A stretch of DNA of 64,000 bases from Alphaproteobacteria bacterium (GTDB lineage: Bacteria > Pseudomonadota > Alphaproteobacteria > GCA-2731375): positions 862,697-926,696 of the forward strand of contig CBDDDJ010000002.1 in NCBI GenBank assembly GCA_965226475.1, given 5' to 3'. Both the position numbers and the translations under genes were made by a program. The notes below the pieces were generated by a model. The model was not told the origin of the DNA and did no database searches. It was given only the letters and a program-made list of their open reading frames with translations. Positions 32,011 to 42,106 of the stretch are shown here, piece by piece (the first letter of the stretch is position 1; each line of letters opens with the position of its first letter).

Positions 32011-33699
32011 ATGTTCGACCTGATTATTCGCGATGCGGAAATCCACGACGGCAACGGCGCCGAGCCGGTGCACGGCAACCTCTGGATCCAGGACGGGAAG
32101 GTCGCCGGCGTCGGCACGGAGGCCCCCGAGGCCAGACGCGAGGTGAAGGCCGACGGCCTGACGTTGATGCCGGGGATCGTCGACCTCCATACCCACTACG
32201 ACGCCCAGGTGACCTGGGACCCGACCTGCTCGCCCTCGCCCTCGCTCGGCGTCACCACCTGCGTCATGGGCAACTGCGGCTTCGGCATCGTGCCGAGCCC
32301 GCCGGAGATCCGCGATACGATTCTGAAGAACCTCTCCGTCGTCGAGGGCATGGACCTTGACGCGCTCCGCGCCGGCACCGACTGGCGTTTCGAGACATTC
32401 GCCGAATATCTCGACGCGCTCGACGCCATGGGACCAACGCCCAACCTGGCCGTCCTCGCCGGCCATTCCGCCGTGCGCACCGCCGTGATGCGCGACGAGG
32501 CCTGGACCCGCGAGACGCCCACCGAGGACGAGATGGCCCAAATGCGGGCGCTGATCGACACGGCGCTCGGCCAAGGCGCGGTCGGTTTCGCCTCTTCCTT
32601 CTCGATCAACCATTCGGGCTATGGCGGCATCCCGATGCCGTCCACCATCGCCAGCGTCGATGAGTTCGGCCATCTGGCCGACGCGCTGGGCGCGGCCGCC
32701 CGAGGCGTCTGCCAGATCGCCGCCGGCGGGCGTGGCACGGTCGAGGCGCTGGAGCCGATCGTGGCCCGTAACGGGCGGCCGATGTTCCTCACCACCGGCG
32801 CGGCCATGTACAGCCCGAGCGAGCCCGAACGTTCGATGCAGTGGTTCGAGGCCTGTGCCGAGGCCCGGGCGCGCGGCAACCGCTTCTACATCCAAATCCC
32901 CTGCCAGCCGCTCAGCTTCGATTTCACCATGGCCAACGCCTATCCCTTCCACAGCCATGCGACCTTCTCGGCAATCAAGGCCTACGAGCCCGAGCAACTG
33001 GTGCCGGTCTACCAGGACCCCGAGTTCCGGCGGCGCTTCCGCGAGGATCTGGCGGCCCCGGTGGTCGGCACGATCTTCAAGGGCACGTGGGACCAGATCG
33101 TCATCGCCGTCGTCGCCAAGCCCGAGAACGAGCCGCTCCGGAACAAGACCATCGCCGAACTGGCCGCCGAGCGCGGCGCCGATCCCCTCGACACCATGCT
33201 GGACCTGGCGCTGGAGGAGGATCTGGGCACCTATTTCCTCGGCAAGTTCCTGAACGTCGGCGACGAGGGCGTCGGCCGCCTGCTACAACACGAGTCGGGC
33301 GTGATCAGCCTCTCGGACGCGGGGGCGCATCTGATCTACATGTGCGATGCCGGCTTCGGCCTGCATTTCCTCGGCCATTGGGTCCGCGAATTGGGCCAGT
33401 TCACCATGGCCGAGGGCGTGCGCCGCCTCACCAGCCACCCGGCCGACCTCTACGGCATTCCGGATCGCGGCCGCCTGGCGCCCGGCTCTCACGCCGACAT
33501 GCTGCTGTTCGACCCCGCCACCGTCGGCGTCGGCCAGCCGAGCCGCGTCTCCGACCTCCCCGGCGGCGGCCCGCGCACCATCCGACGGCCGAGCGGCGTC
33601 CACGGCGTGTGGGTCAACGGCGAAGCGGTCTTCGACGGCACCGACTACGTCGCCGAGGGTAAGGGCCCGGGGCAGGTGCTCAGAGAGTTTCGGGCGTAG
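32011..33699 (+). CDS. Amidohydrolase, N-acyl-D-amino-acid deacylase family
   Basis: MFDLIIRDA, PGIVDLHTHYDAQ, GNCG, SDAGAH, DRGRLAPG. Confidence 0.9.
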   Translation: MFDLIIRDAEIHDGNGAEPVHGNLWIQDGKVAGVGTEAPEARREVKADGLTLMPGIVDLHTHYDAQVTWDPTCSPSPSLGVTTCVMGNCGFGIVPSPPEIRDTILKNLSVVEGMDLDALRAGTDWRFETFAEYLDALDAMGPTPNLAVLAGHSAVRTAVMRDEAWTRETPTEDEMAQMRALIDTALGQGAVGFASSFSINHSGYGGIPMPSTIASVDEFGHLADALGAAARGVCQIAAGGRGTVEALEPIVARNGRPMFLTTGAAMYSPSEPERSMQWFEACAEARARGNRFYIQIPCQPLSFDFTMANAYPFHSHATFSAIKAYEPEQLVPVYQDPEFRRRFREDLAAPVVGTIFKGTWDQIVIAVVAKPENEPLRNKTIAELAAERGADPLDTMLDLALEEDLGTYFLGKFLNVGDEGVGRLLQHESGVISLSDAGAHLIYMCDAGFGLHFLGHWVRELGQFTMAEGVRRLTSHPADLYGIPDRGRLAPGSHADMLLFDPATVGVGQPSRVSDLPGGGPRTIRRPSGVHGVWVNGEAVFDGTDYVAEGKGPGQVLREFRA

Positions 33700-33704
33700 A
33701 CCTC

Positions 33705-34817
33705 ATGCACCACGGCGAATACCGCCGCCGGCACGCCGCCGTCGCCGGGGCGATGGCGGCGGAGGGGCTGGACCTTCTGGTCGCGGCGGGTCGCGGCCTG
33801 CTGACGCAATATGGCTATGTGTTCTATCTCGCCGGCTACTGTCCGGTGATCCGGCCAGCCGCCGTGCTCATGCCGGCGGGTGGCGCGCCGATCCTGGCCG
33901 TTTCCACCGGCTCCGACATTCCGCTAGCCGCTCCGATCAGCCCAATCGCCGATGCCCGCGTCGCTCCGCCCGGCGGCGGGGGCGCCTTGGCGGCGCTGAT
34001 TCGCGAGGTCGCCGAGGCCCAGGATGGCTTACGCATCGGCGTCGCCGGCCTGGAAGAAATCATCCCGGCCGATGAATTCTCGCGCTGGCAACGGGCCTTG
34101 CCGCAGGCCAGCTTCGTGCCGGCGAGCGATCTGCTGCTCGGCCTGAAAGCCATCAAGGTCGAGGCCGAGCGCGACGAGATGCGCAAGGCCGCCACGCTCG
34201 CGGACGACGGCCTAAGGGTCCTGCTCGACGCGCTGCGGAGTGGCGCGACGCCGCGCGCGGCGAGCGGCGCCTGCGAAGCCCACCTACGGGCCGGCGGCGG
34301 CCAGGAGATACTCGTCTACTGCAGCCCCGGGCCCCACTTCCTGCACCATCCCCTCGCCGACCCGCCGCGCGAGGGCGATCTGCTCTCGGTCTTTGTCGAG
34401 CTGTCGAACGAGGCCGGCTATTGGGTCGAACTCGCCCGCCTCGTCGCGGTCGGCCCACTCGACGAGGCGCGCCAACGGGTCGCCGAAAGCTGCGCCGCCG
34501 CCATGGCCGTGGCCGAGAACGCCATCGCGCCCGGCACGACGGCGGGCGCCGCCTACCAGGCAATTGCACAAGAGATCGGCCGCCAGGGGCTCACCTCCGG
34601 CCTGCTCTATGGCCACGGCGTCGGCGTCGACCACGACCTGCCGCTGATCGGCCAGGGCGAGGAAACCGAGATCCGCGCCGGCATGACCATCGCGCTGCAT
34701 CCCCACATCATCGACGCGGCGGGCGAGGTGGGCGCCAGCCTGTGCGACACCTTTATCGTCGGCGAGGGCGGCGCCCAACCCTTGTCCAGCTGGGCACGCG
34801 AGCCGATCCCGCTTTGA
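33705..34817 (+). CDS. M24 (Xaa-Pro peptidase/creatinase)-like protein
   Basis: LKAIKVEAERDEMR, GYWVELAR, GHGVG, GMTIALHP; metal ligands partly degenerate. Confidence 0.8.
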   Translation: MHHGEYRRRHAAVAGAMAAEGLDLLVAAGRGLLTQYGYVFYLAGYCPVIRPAAVLMPAGGAPILAVSTGSDIPLAAPISPIADARVAPPGGGGALAALIREVAEAQDGLRIGVAGLEEIIPADEFSRWQRALPQASFVPASDLLLGLKAIKVEAERDEMRKAATLADDGLRVLLDALRSGATPRAASGACEAHLRAGGGQEILVYCSPGPHFLHHPLADPPREGDLLSVFVELSNEAGYWVELARLVAVGPLDEARQRVAESCAAAMAVAENAIAPGTTAGAAYQAIAQEIGRQGLTSGLLYGHGVGVDHDLPLIGQGEETEIRAGMTIALHPHIIDAAGEVGASLCDTFIVGEGGAQPLSSWAREPIPL

Positions 34818-34862
34818 TCCAGCCGGCTACGGCGCCCCTGGCCTCTGGGTCGACGGCCATTA

Positions 34863-36101
34863 TTACGGGGCCTGGCGCCGAATGGCGCGCAGGCCCAGCA
34901 GCATCGAGACGGTGGCGGCCGCGCAGAGAACCGCAAAGAGGCCGCAGATCGCCTCGACCGTGACTCCCGCGTCCATCAACGCGCCCATGAGAAGCGGCCC
35001 GAGCGCCGACGAGAGCGAGGAGAGCGCGGCCGCGAGCGCGCGGATCGCGCCCAGATGGCCGACACCGTAGACCTCGGCCCAGAGCGCGGTAAGCACGGTG
35101 AAGCCGAGGCCGACGGTGATGCCCATGAGGAAAAGGTAGGGAAGCGCCCAGGGCGCGTCGTCGAAGGTCCAGAGGATCACCATCGCGAGGCCCATCGGCG
35201 CCAGGAAGCCGGGCAGGACCCGGGCGGCCGTCACCCGGTCGATCAATGGGCCGGCGACCAGGGCGGCGAGCACCGTGCCCACGGCGTGGAGCCAGTACTG
35301 CCCGGCAAACCAGGCGGCGCTCCAGCCCTTTACCGCCGCCAGTTCCAGGCCGTGGAAAAACAGCGCCGTGTGAATGATGGAGGGGGCGAGCACGGCGGGC
35401 AGCAGCAGGTAAAAGGCCCGGTGGCGGAGCACTTCCGCCCTGGACCAGGAGCGCGGCGCCATCTCCCGCCCGACGTCGGCGCGCGTCCGGGCCGCCCGGC
35501 CGGGATAGTCGTCGCCACGGACCACCGGATTGCGCAGCAGCCACCAGATCAGCGGTGGCAGGCCGAGAGCGAGGACCGAGGCGGCGACGGCGTAGCTCGC
35601 GCGCCAGCCGATCGCGGCGATGCCGACGACGGCGAGGAAGGGCAGCACGCTCTGGCTGGCGGCGAAGCCGAGCGAGGCGAATGCCACCGCCTTGCCGCGA
35701 TTGGCATCGAAGAAGCGGGCCATGGCGACGGTGCTGACGTGGCTCGCCAGGCCCTGACCGGCATGGCGCAGGAAGAAGATCGCGAGCACCAGCCAGACGG
35801 CATGCGGCACCCAGGCCATGAAGGCCGCGCCCCAAACCAGCGCCAAGCAGACCAGCGTCGTGTAGCGGCCCAGCCGCAGCCGATCGATCTGCGCGCCGCT
35901 CCAGGTGAGCAAGAGCGCGCTCGCCAGGGTGCCCACCATGTAGATGGCGCTCCAGGAGGTATGGGTGAGGGCGAACTCGTCCCGCACGGCCGGTCCGAAA
36001 ACGCCGATGAAGAAGGTCTGTCCCACGCTCGAGGCGAAGGCCATGGTGAAGCCGAAGCCGAGTAGCCGCGCGTTGGCGCGCGCAAAGGTCTGATTAGTCA
36101 C
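34863..36101 (-). CDS. MFS transporter
   Basis: About 12 hydrophobic segments; SSVGQTFFIG; GAQIDRL and GPLIDRV MFS motifs. Confidence 0.88.
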   Translation of the reverse strand: MTNQTFARANARLLGFGFTMAFASSVGQTFFIGVFGPAVRDEFALTHTSWSAIYMVGTLASALLLTWSGAQIDRLRLGRYTTLVCLALVWGAAFMAWVPHAVWLVLAIFFLRHAGQGLASHVSTVAMARFFDANRGKAVAFASLGFAASQSVLPFLAVVGIAAIGWRASYAVAASVLALGLPPLIWWLLRNPVVRGDDYPGRAARTRADVGREMAPRSWSRAEVLRHRAFYLLLPAVLAPSIIHTALFFHGLELAAVKGWSAAWFAGQYWLHAVGTVLAALVAGPLIDRVTAARVLPGFLAPMGLAMVILWTFDDAPWALPYLFLMGITVGLGFTVLTALWAEVYGVGHLGAIRALAAALSSLSSALGPLLMGALMDAGVTVEAICGLFAVLCAAATVSMLLGLRAIRRQAP

Positions 36102-36214
36102 GTGCGAACATCTATTGTCCGGGCGGTCGGGGAGCGGTGCGTCTATCTAGCCGCGGCCGGGCCAAACTTCCAGTCGCCGTTCGTCGCCCGGCACCGCGCG
36201 GAAGGCGCCGGCGC

Positions 36215-36577
36215 CTACTCCGCCTCGCCGCCCTCCGGCCCCCAGAAGACGACCCAGAGGCCGAGATCGTCGCCGAAGTCCTCGAAGCGGTGCTCGACCC
36301 GGGCCGCGACGAAGAGGGCGTCGCCCGGGCCGAAGGGCACGCGATCCGGGCCGTGGACGAAGGTACCGGTGCCCGAGGCGACGATGTAGATTTCGTCCTG
36401 CTCGTGCGGCGTCTGGGGATCGTGGCCACGCGGCGCGTAGTAGCGAAGCGTCATGGTGCCGTGGCGCATCAGCAGCGCCGAGCGCGCGCCTTCGGGCAGC
36501 GGCGCGGCGATGGCTTCCTCGCGCGTGACGCGACCCGGCAGGGCGCCGGCGGAATAGAGCGCGGATGATTCGGACAT
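36215..36577 (-). CDS. Cupin-domain protein
   Basis: PQTPHEQDEIYIVASG...GDALFVAARVEHRF. Confidence 0.85.
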   Translation of the reverse strand: MSESSALYSAGALPGRVTREEAIAAPLPEGARSALLMRHGTMTLRYYAPRGHDPQTPHEQDEIYIVASGTGTFVHGPDRVPFGPGDALFVAARVEHRFEDFGDDLGLWVVFWGPEGGEAE

Positions 36578-36762
36578 GTTTTCCTCCCCTCGATCGGGAT
36601 GATCGACGTCGCTCGAGGATAATCCAAGGACGTGCGCCGCCAAGGGCGAAGCTTGCCGCGCGCGGCCCCCTCTGCGACACTACGTCACAGTCGAGGCGAG
36701 TCGCTGGCCCGCCACGCGACGCGCGGGCGACGGCCGCCTCCGAGGAAGAGGAGGTTTTAGCC

Positions 36763-37560
36763 ATGTCGTATCGGACCGTCGCAACCGCGTTCTTGCTGGG
36801 CTTTATTTCCCTGGCGAGCGCCAGCGCCGCGCCCCAGATCCTGGCGTTGATCCAGACCGAGGGCGCGAAGCCACTCGCCTGCGCCGGCGGTGAGTGCGTG
36901 GCCGAATTCAGCTCCTTCTGCATGGAGCCCCGGCGCGCGAGTCCGAGCCACGCCAGCGTCTACCAACCGGCCGAGGGCGCGGCGCTGACCCTGGTCGCGA
37001 CCCTCGCGAACGGCGAGACCCGGCGCATGGCGCCGCCGCCGGACACCGGTTATCTCAGCCAGCGCGGCTATGCCGCCGTCCGCATTTCCGTGCCGGCGAG
37101 GCTCCGGGCCGAACTCGGCGCGGCGCGGCTGGCGATCGAGGTCGGACCCCGCGTCGCGCTGATCCCGAAGCCGTGGCCGAGCCATCATCGCCCGCACGAG
37201 CCGGAGGAGATCGCCTCCGCGCTCGGCCCCAACCGCTTGCTGGGCGAGGAGATCGTCGAGAACGCCGGCGAACGGACCCAGGGCATCCGGCTGCTGAGCT
37301 ACCTGATCAACGCGCTGCCCGAGGGCCGCAAGGCCGATGCCCGGGCCCGGTCCGGGGTCTGGGAACGCGCGCTCGCCCAGGCACCGGCCGGCATCGCGAA
37401 ATCGGGCCGCGACATCGCCGCCGAAGGCCTCTCGGTCTGCCGCGACAAACTCGGGGCCCGCGACGTCTTTTCCCTCCGCGAATGTCTGCAACATCGCCAC
37501 GACCATCTTATGTGGCTGCTGAACCACAAGTACTGGAAGAGTGTCCGGCCGCACGGCTGA
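36763..37560 (+). CDS. Exported hypothetical protein (Cys-containing)
   Basis: GAGG RBS, signal peptide ending ASASA, CxxxxCxxxxxxxC motif. Confidence 0.7.
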   Translation: MSYRTVATAFLLGFISLASASAAPQILALIQTEGAKPLACAGGECVAEFSSFCMEPRRASPSHASVYQPAEGAALTLVATLANGETRRMAPPPDTGYLSQRGYAAVRISVPARLRAELGAARLAIEVGPRVALIPKPWPSHHRPHEPEEIASALGPNRLLGEEIVENAGERTQGIRLLSYLINALPEGRKADARARSGVWERALAQAPAGIAKSGRDIAAEGLSVCRDKLGARDVFSLRECLQHRHDHLMWLLNHKYWKSVRPHG

Positions 37561-37628
37561 CCGGAACGAGGATTCGCCCGTTCCAGGCCCTGGTGGCCCC
37601 GGTACCCAAAGGGTAGTACACCCGGCCG

Positions 37629-37826
37629 ATGAGCTGGTTTCTCGGCATGGCGGTCGTCGTTGTCCTGGTCGCCGTGGTCGGCGTCCTGCTGGCGGGCGTC
37701 GTCACCATGGGCAAGGGCGGCGAGAAGGGCAGCCTCAGGTCCAACAATCTGATGCGCTGGCGGATCGGCCTGCAGCTGCTGGCCGTGGTCCTGGTCGTCG
37801 CGCTGCTTCTGTCGCAAGGCCTCTGA
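37629..37826 (+). CDS. Twin-transmembrane small protein (HIG1-like)
   Basis: SNNLMRWRIGLQ between two TM helices; conserved position before the PduO-type gene. Confidence 0.85.
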   Translation: MSWFLGMAVVVVLVAVVGVLLAGVVTMGKGGEKGSLRSNNLMRWRIGLQLLAVVLVVALLLSQGL

Positions 37827-37841
37827 GGAGCGGAGCGGACG

Positions 37842-38405
37842 ATGGTTCGACTGACCAAGATCTATACCCGCGGCGGCGATAAGGGCGAGACCAGCCTCGG
37901 CGACGGCGGCCGGGTGGCGAAGGACTCGGTCCGGGTCGCCGCCTACGGCACCGTCGACGAGGCGAACGCCGCGATCGGCCTCGCGCGCCTGCACACGGCG
38001 GGCGAGGCGGACGAGATGCTGGCGCGGATCCAGAACGATCTCTTCGATCTCGGCGCCGACCTCTGCACGCCGGAAAATTCGGAACGGCGTGCCGGCGCGC
38101 TCCGCATCCGGCAGGTCCAGGTCGACCGGCTGGAAGCCGAGATCGATGCCGTCAACGCGCGGCTGAAACCACTCGATTCCTTCATCCTGCCGGGCGGCAC
38201 GCCGGCGGGCGCCCATCTCCACCTCGCCCGGGTGATCACGCGGCGCGCCGAGCGGCGGATGGTCGATCTTGCCCGCGAAGAGACACTCAACCCGCAGGCC
38301 ATCGCTTATATCAACCGGCTCTCCGACCACCTTTTCGTGCTCTCCCGCATGGTCAACGACGATGGCGCCCTCGACGTCCTCTGGAAGCCCGGCGCCAACC
38401 TCTGA
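37842..38405 (+). CDS. ATP:cob(I)alamin adenosyltransferase, PduO type
   Basis: TKIYTRGGDKGET, YGTVDE, FILPGG, RRAER, NRLSD. Confidence 0.95.
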   Translation: MVRLTKIYTRGGDKGETSLGDGGRVAKDSVRVAAYGTVDEANAAIGLARLHTAGEADEMLARIQNDLFDLGADLCTPENSERRAGALRIRQVQVDRLEAEIDAVNARLKPLDSFILPGGTPAGAHLHLARVITRRAERRMVDLAREETLNPQAIAYINRLSDHLFVLSRMVNDDGALDVLWKPGANL

Positions 38406-38549
38406 AAGGGCCGCGTCCTCCGTTGACAGCGCGGGGTCCGGGTCCTAGGTTGCGCCGCGTTTCGGCGCCCGTCCGGCGCCGCCATCTCTTTGATTTGGAA
38501 CGGCCCCAGAGGGCCAACCACCAACCCTCGATGAGGAGCGGGAGACGCC

Positions 38550-39299
38550 ATGAAGATCCTCGTCCCGGTGAAACGGGTGGTCGACTACAACGTGAAGATC
38601 CGGGTCAAGGCGGATCAGACCGGCGTCGACCTCAACAACGTCAAGATGTCGATGAACCCCTTCGACGAGATCGCCGTCGAGGAGGCGCTCAGGATGAAGG
38701 AATCGGGGAGCGCGGAAGAGGTCGTCGCCGTCTCCATCGGCGTGCAACAGTGCCAGGAGACGATCCGCACCGCGCTCGCCATGGGCGCCGACCGCGGCAT
38801 CCTGGTGAAGACCGACGCGGCGCTCGAGCCGCTGCATGTCGCCACGATCCTCAAGGCGGTGATCGAGGAAGAGAACTCGGAGCTGGTCATCCTCGGCAAG
38901 CAGGCGATCGACGACGACTGCAACCAGACCGGCCAGATGCTGGCGGCGATGCTGGGCCGCCCCCAGGGTACCTTCGCCTCCAAGCTGGAGCTGGCCGACG
39001 GCAAGCTGAACGTCACCCGCGAGGTCGACGCTGGGCTGCAGACCATCACCATCGACATGCCGGCGATCGTCACTACCGACCTACGGCTGAACGAGCCGCG
39101 CTACGCCTCGCTTCCCAACATCATGAAGGCGAAGAAGAAGCCAATCGACGAGAAGACGCCCGAGGACATGGGCATCGACGTGACGCCGCGCCTCACCGTG
39201 CTGAAGGTCGAGGAGCCGCCGAAGCGGGACGCCGGCGTCAAGGTCGAAAGCGTCGACGAACTGGTCGACAAACTCAGAAACGTAGCGGGAGTGATCTGA
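38550..39299 (+). CDS. etfB: Electron transfer flavoprotein beta subunit
   Basis: [41 protein letters not shown]. Confidence 0.97.
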   Translation: MKILVPVKRVVDYNVKIRVKADQTGVDLNNVKMSMNPFDEIAVEEALRMKESGSAEEVVAVSIGVQQCQETIRTALAMGADRGILVKTDAALEPLHVATILKAVIEEENSELVILGKQAIDDDCNQTGQMLAAMLGRPQGTFASKLELADGKLNVTREVDAGLQTITIDMPAIVTTDLRLNEPRYASLPNIMKAKKKPIDEKTPEDMGIDVTPRLTVLKVEEPPKRDAGVKVESVDELVDKLRNVAGVI

Positions 39300-40246
39300 T
39301 GAGCGTCCTGGTCATAGCCGATCACGAAAGCGGCGTACTGAAGCCCGGTACCGCGGCCGTCGTCACCGCCGCGGCGGCAATCGATTCCGACGTCCATGTG
39401 CTGGTCGCGGGCACCGACGTCGCCGCCGCCGCCGCCCAGGCCGCCGCCGTCCAGGGGGTCGCCAAGGTCCGCGTCGCCGACGCCGCGCACTACGGCGCGA
39501 TGCTGGCGGAACCGATGGCGGAGCTGCTGCGGGCGATGTCCGGCGATTACGCCGCCATCCTCGCGGTGGCCAACACCGACGGCAAGAATTTCATGCCGCG
39601 CCTCGCCGCCCTGCTCGACGTCAGCCAGATTTCCGACATCACCGAAGTGGTCTCCCCCGATACCTTCGTGCGGCCGATCTATGCCGGCAACGCCATGGCA
39701 ACGGTGCGGTCGGGCGATGGGATCAAGATCATCACCGTGCGCACCACCACCTTCGCCAAGGCGGAGCTGGAGGGTGGCTCGGCCCCCATCGAGGACGTGG
39801 CGGCGGCCGGCGATCCCGGAATCTCCAGTTTCGTCAAGAACGAGCTGTCGGACAGCGAGCGGCCGGAGCTCACCTCGGCCCGCGTGATCATCTCGGGCGG
39901 TCGCGGCATGCAGTCGGGCGAAAATTTTCCGATGCTGTTCGAGATCGCCGACCAGTTGGGCGCCGCCGTCGGCGCCAGCCGCGCGGCGGTCGACGCCGGC
40001 TACGTGCCGAACGAGTTCCAGGTCGGCCAGACCGGCAAGGTGGTGGCGCCGGAACTCTACATCGCCGTCGGCATTTCGGGCGCCATCCAGCACCTGGCCG
40101 GCATGAAGGATTCGAAGGTCATCGTCGCCATCAACAAGGACGAGGAAGCGCCGATCTTCCAGGTCGCCGACTTCGGCCTGGTGGCCGACCTCTTCAAGGC
40201 GGTGCCAGAGCTGAAAGAGGCGCTGGAGAAGCTGCCTCCCGCCTGA
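39299..40246 (+). CDS. etfA: Electron transfer flavoprotein alpha subunit
   Basis: [42 protein letters not shown]. Confidence 0.97.
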   Translation: MSVLVIADHESGVLKPGTAAVVTAAAAIDSDVHVLVAGTDVAAAAAQAAAVQGVAKVRVADAAHYGAMLAEPMAELLRAMSGDYAAILAVANTDGKNFMPRLAALLDVSQISDITEVVSPDTFVRPIYAGNAMATVRSGDGIKIITVRTTTFAKAELEGGSAPIEDVAAAGDPGISSFVKNELSDSERPELTSARVIISGGRGMQSGENFPMLFEIADQLGAAVGASRAAVDAGYVPNEFQVGQTGKVVAPELYIAVGISGAIQHLAGMKDSKVIVAINKDEEAPIFQVADFGLVADLFKAVPELKEALEKLPPA

Positions 40247-40275
40247 CGATACCGCCGATTTCGACGCCTCACCGG

Positions 40276-40308
40276 GGGCCGGCGCGGGAAGGCGCCGGCC
40301 CTTCTTTT
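40276..40308 (+). terminator. Rho-independent terminator after etfA
   Basis: Stem GGGCCGGCGC/GCGCCGGCCC followed by TTCTTTT. Confidence 0.75.
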
Positions 40309-40444
40309 ATCCGGATTCACTCGGAAGCTTCGGGCCTCGGACGATTTGGATAAAATTTTACCTTTATCGTCAGTTGTTTACGTTGTGGTTTGGTTAATTC
40401 ATCGTTACATCCTCGGTGACGGTCATCACTTCAAGGAGGTCGTC

Positions 40445-40708
40445 ATGAGAGCCATACAGCACGTCGTCGACCGCAGTCGCCTCCGCGAGATCCGGCACCG
40501 TGAGAAACATCGCGTCATCGCCGACGCCTCCATCGAGGGGCAGAGAATCGATCCCCGTCTGCTGAGCCAGGCGGGGCGGCTAGACCGGGGCGGCGCCTCG
40601 ACGGAACGGATCGCGGCCGAACTCGGCATCAGCTTGCCGCTCGCCCGCCATCTTCAGCTCACCAGCCGCGACCACGGCACGACCGGCCCCGCCACGACCC
40701 AGGCGTAG
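40445..40708 (+). CDS. Small hypothetical protein with a possible HTH
   Basis: AAGGAGG RBS; STERIAAELGISLPLARH HTH-like segment. Confidence 0.55.
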   Translation: MRAIQHVVDRSRLREIRHREKHRVIADASIEGQRIDPRLLSQAGRLDRGGASTERIAAELGISLPLARHLQLTSRDHGTTGPATTQA

Positions 40709-40750
40709 TCCCGGATTGGCGGCCGAAACAAGTATAAGGAGTCACGACCC

Positions 40751-41023
40751 ATGCAACTCCCGACGGTTTACGGAATCTGCGGCGCCCGACGCAAGGACGA
40801 CGGACGGCCCTGCCAGCGCCTGGCAATGCGGAACGGGCGCTGCCGCCTGCATGGCGGCCTCGCCACCGGACCGCGCACCGACGAGGGGCGCTACCGGATC
40901 AGCCAAGCCCAGCGCAAGCGCTGGGCGGCCTGGCGCGCGGCCAGGACGGCCAAAGAGGCCGCCGCCGTGTCGGCGCCGGTTGACGCGGGCACCGTCTCCC
41001 ACGAGATAAGCCCGGCGCTCTGA
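40751..41023 (+). CDS. HGGxSTG-domain (CCCH zinc finger) protein
   Basis: CGARRKDDGRPCQRLAMRNGRCRLHGGLATGPRT; AAGGAG RBS. Confidence 0.8.
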   Translation: MQLPTVYGICGARRKDDGRPCQRLAMRNGRCRLHGGLATGPRTDEGRYRISQAQRKRWAAWRAARTAKEAAAVSAPVDAGTVSHEISPAL

Positions 41024-41119
41024 AGCGCCGACACTCGGGGAGAGGCGCGTTGCCGATCGCGCGGCGCGCCTCTACCCTGCCTCCCCGGGACACGTGTGGC
41101 CCGAGCGGGAGGCTTAAGG

Positions 41120-42094
41120 ATGAAGGCGATCGTCGCGCATGAATGGGGCGGACCCGAGGTCCTGAAGCTGGAGGATGTCCCAACGCCCGAGGCCGGCCCG
41201 GGCGAGGTTCTGGTCCGGCTCGCCGCCACAGGCATCAACCCCGCCGAAACCTACATGCGGGCCGGTGCCTACGCCCATCTCCCGGATCTTCCCTGCATCC
41301 TCGGCATCGACGGCGCCGGCGTGATCGAGACGGTCGGCGCCAGCGTCGACGGGGTCGAGGTCGGGGACCGCGTATACATCGCCGGCGCGGTCGGCGGACG
41401 GCTGACCGGCTGCTATGCCGAGTACGTGATTCGCCCGGCGGACGAGGTATTTCCGCTGCCCGACCGTGTCTCCTTCACCGCCGGCGCCGGTATCGGCGTG
41501 CCCTATGCGACCGCCTACTACGGCCTGTTCAACCGGGGCCGCGCCCAGGCGGGCGAAACGCTCTTCATCCACGGCGCCAGCGGCGCCGTCGGCACCGCCG
41601 CGATCCAGCTCGCCCGTGCGCGCGGCCTCACCGTGATCGGCAGCGCCGGCAGCCAGCGGGGCCTGGATCTTGTTCGCGAACAGGGTGCCCATCATGCCGT
41701 CGACCACGGCGCGGCCGGCTATCTCGATACGGTTCGCGAGCTGACCGGCGGCGCGGGGCCCACGCTGATCCTGGAGATGCTGGCCAACGTCAACCTGCAG
41801 CACGACCTCGACCTGGTGGCGAAGTACGGCCGAATCGTCGTCGTCGGCAATCGCGGCACGATCGAAATCAACCCCCGCGCGGCGATGATGAAGGAACTCG
41901 ACGTCATCGGCTTCGCGCTCTGGAACTGCCCGCCGGCGGACCTGAAGGCGATCCACCTGGCGCTCATCGCCGGCCTGGAGAACGGCACGCTCGCCCCCGT
42001 CATCGGCCGCGAAATGCCGCTCAGCCAGGCGAGCCAGGCCCATATCGCGGTGCTGGAGCCGGGCGCCCACGGCCGCATCGTCCTCGTTCCCTGA
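41120..42094 (+). CDS. NADPH:quinone reductase (zeta-crystallin-like MDR)
   Basis: GGPEVLKLE, GINP, HGASGAVG, EMLANVNL. Confidence 0.9.
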   Translation: MKAIVAHEWGGPEVLKLEDVPTPEAGPGEVLVRLAATGINPAETYMRAGAYAHLPDLPCILGIDGAGVIETVGASVDGVEVGDRVYIAGAVGGRLTGCYAEYVIRPADEVFPLPDRVSFTAGAGIGVPYATAYYGLFNRGRAQAGETLFIHGASGAVGTAAIQLARARGLTVIGSAGSQRGLDLVREQGAHHAVDHGAAGYLDTVRELTGGAGPTLILEMLANVNLQHDLDLVAKYGRIVVVGNRGTIEINPRAAMMKELDVIGFALWNCPPADLKAIHLALIAGLENGTLAPVIGREMPLSQASQAHIAVLEPGAHGRIVLVP

Positions 42095-42106
42095 CGCCGA
42101 AAGGCG

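Noticed and set aside
30718-33699. 993-aa ORF suggesting a fusion protein
   Set aside because: The N-terminal ~430 aa are an off-frame read-through over the enolase-family gene; the real amidohydrolase starts at 32011
38423-40246. 607-aa ORF spanning etfB and etfA
   Set aside because: Only the part from 39299 is EtfA; the upstream part is an alternative frame of etfB
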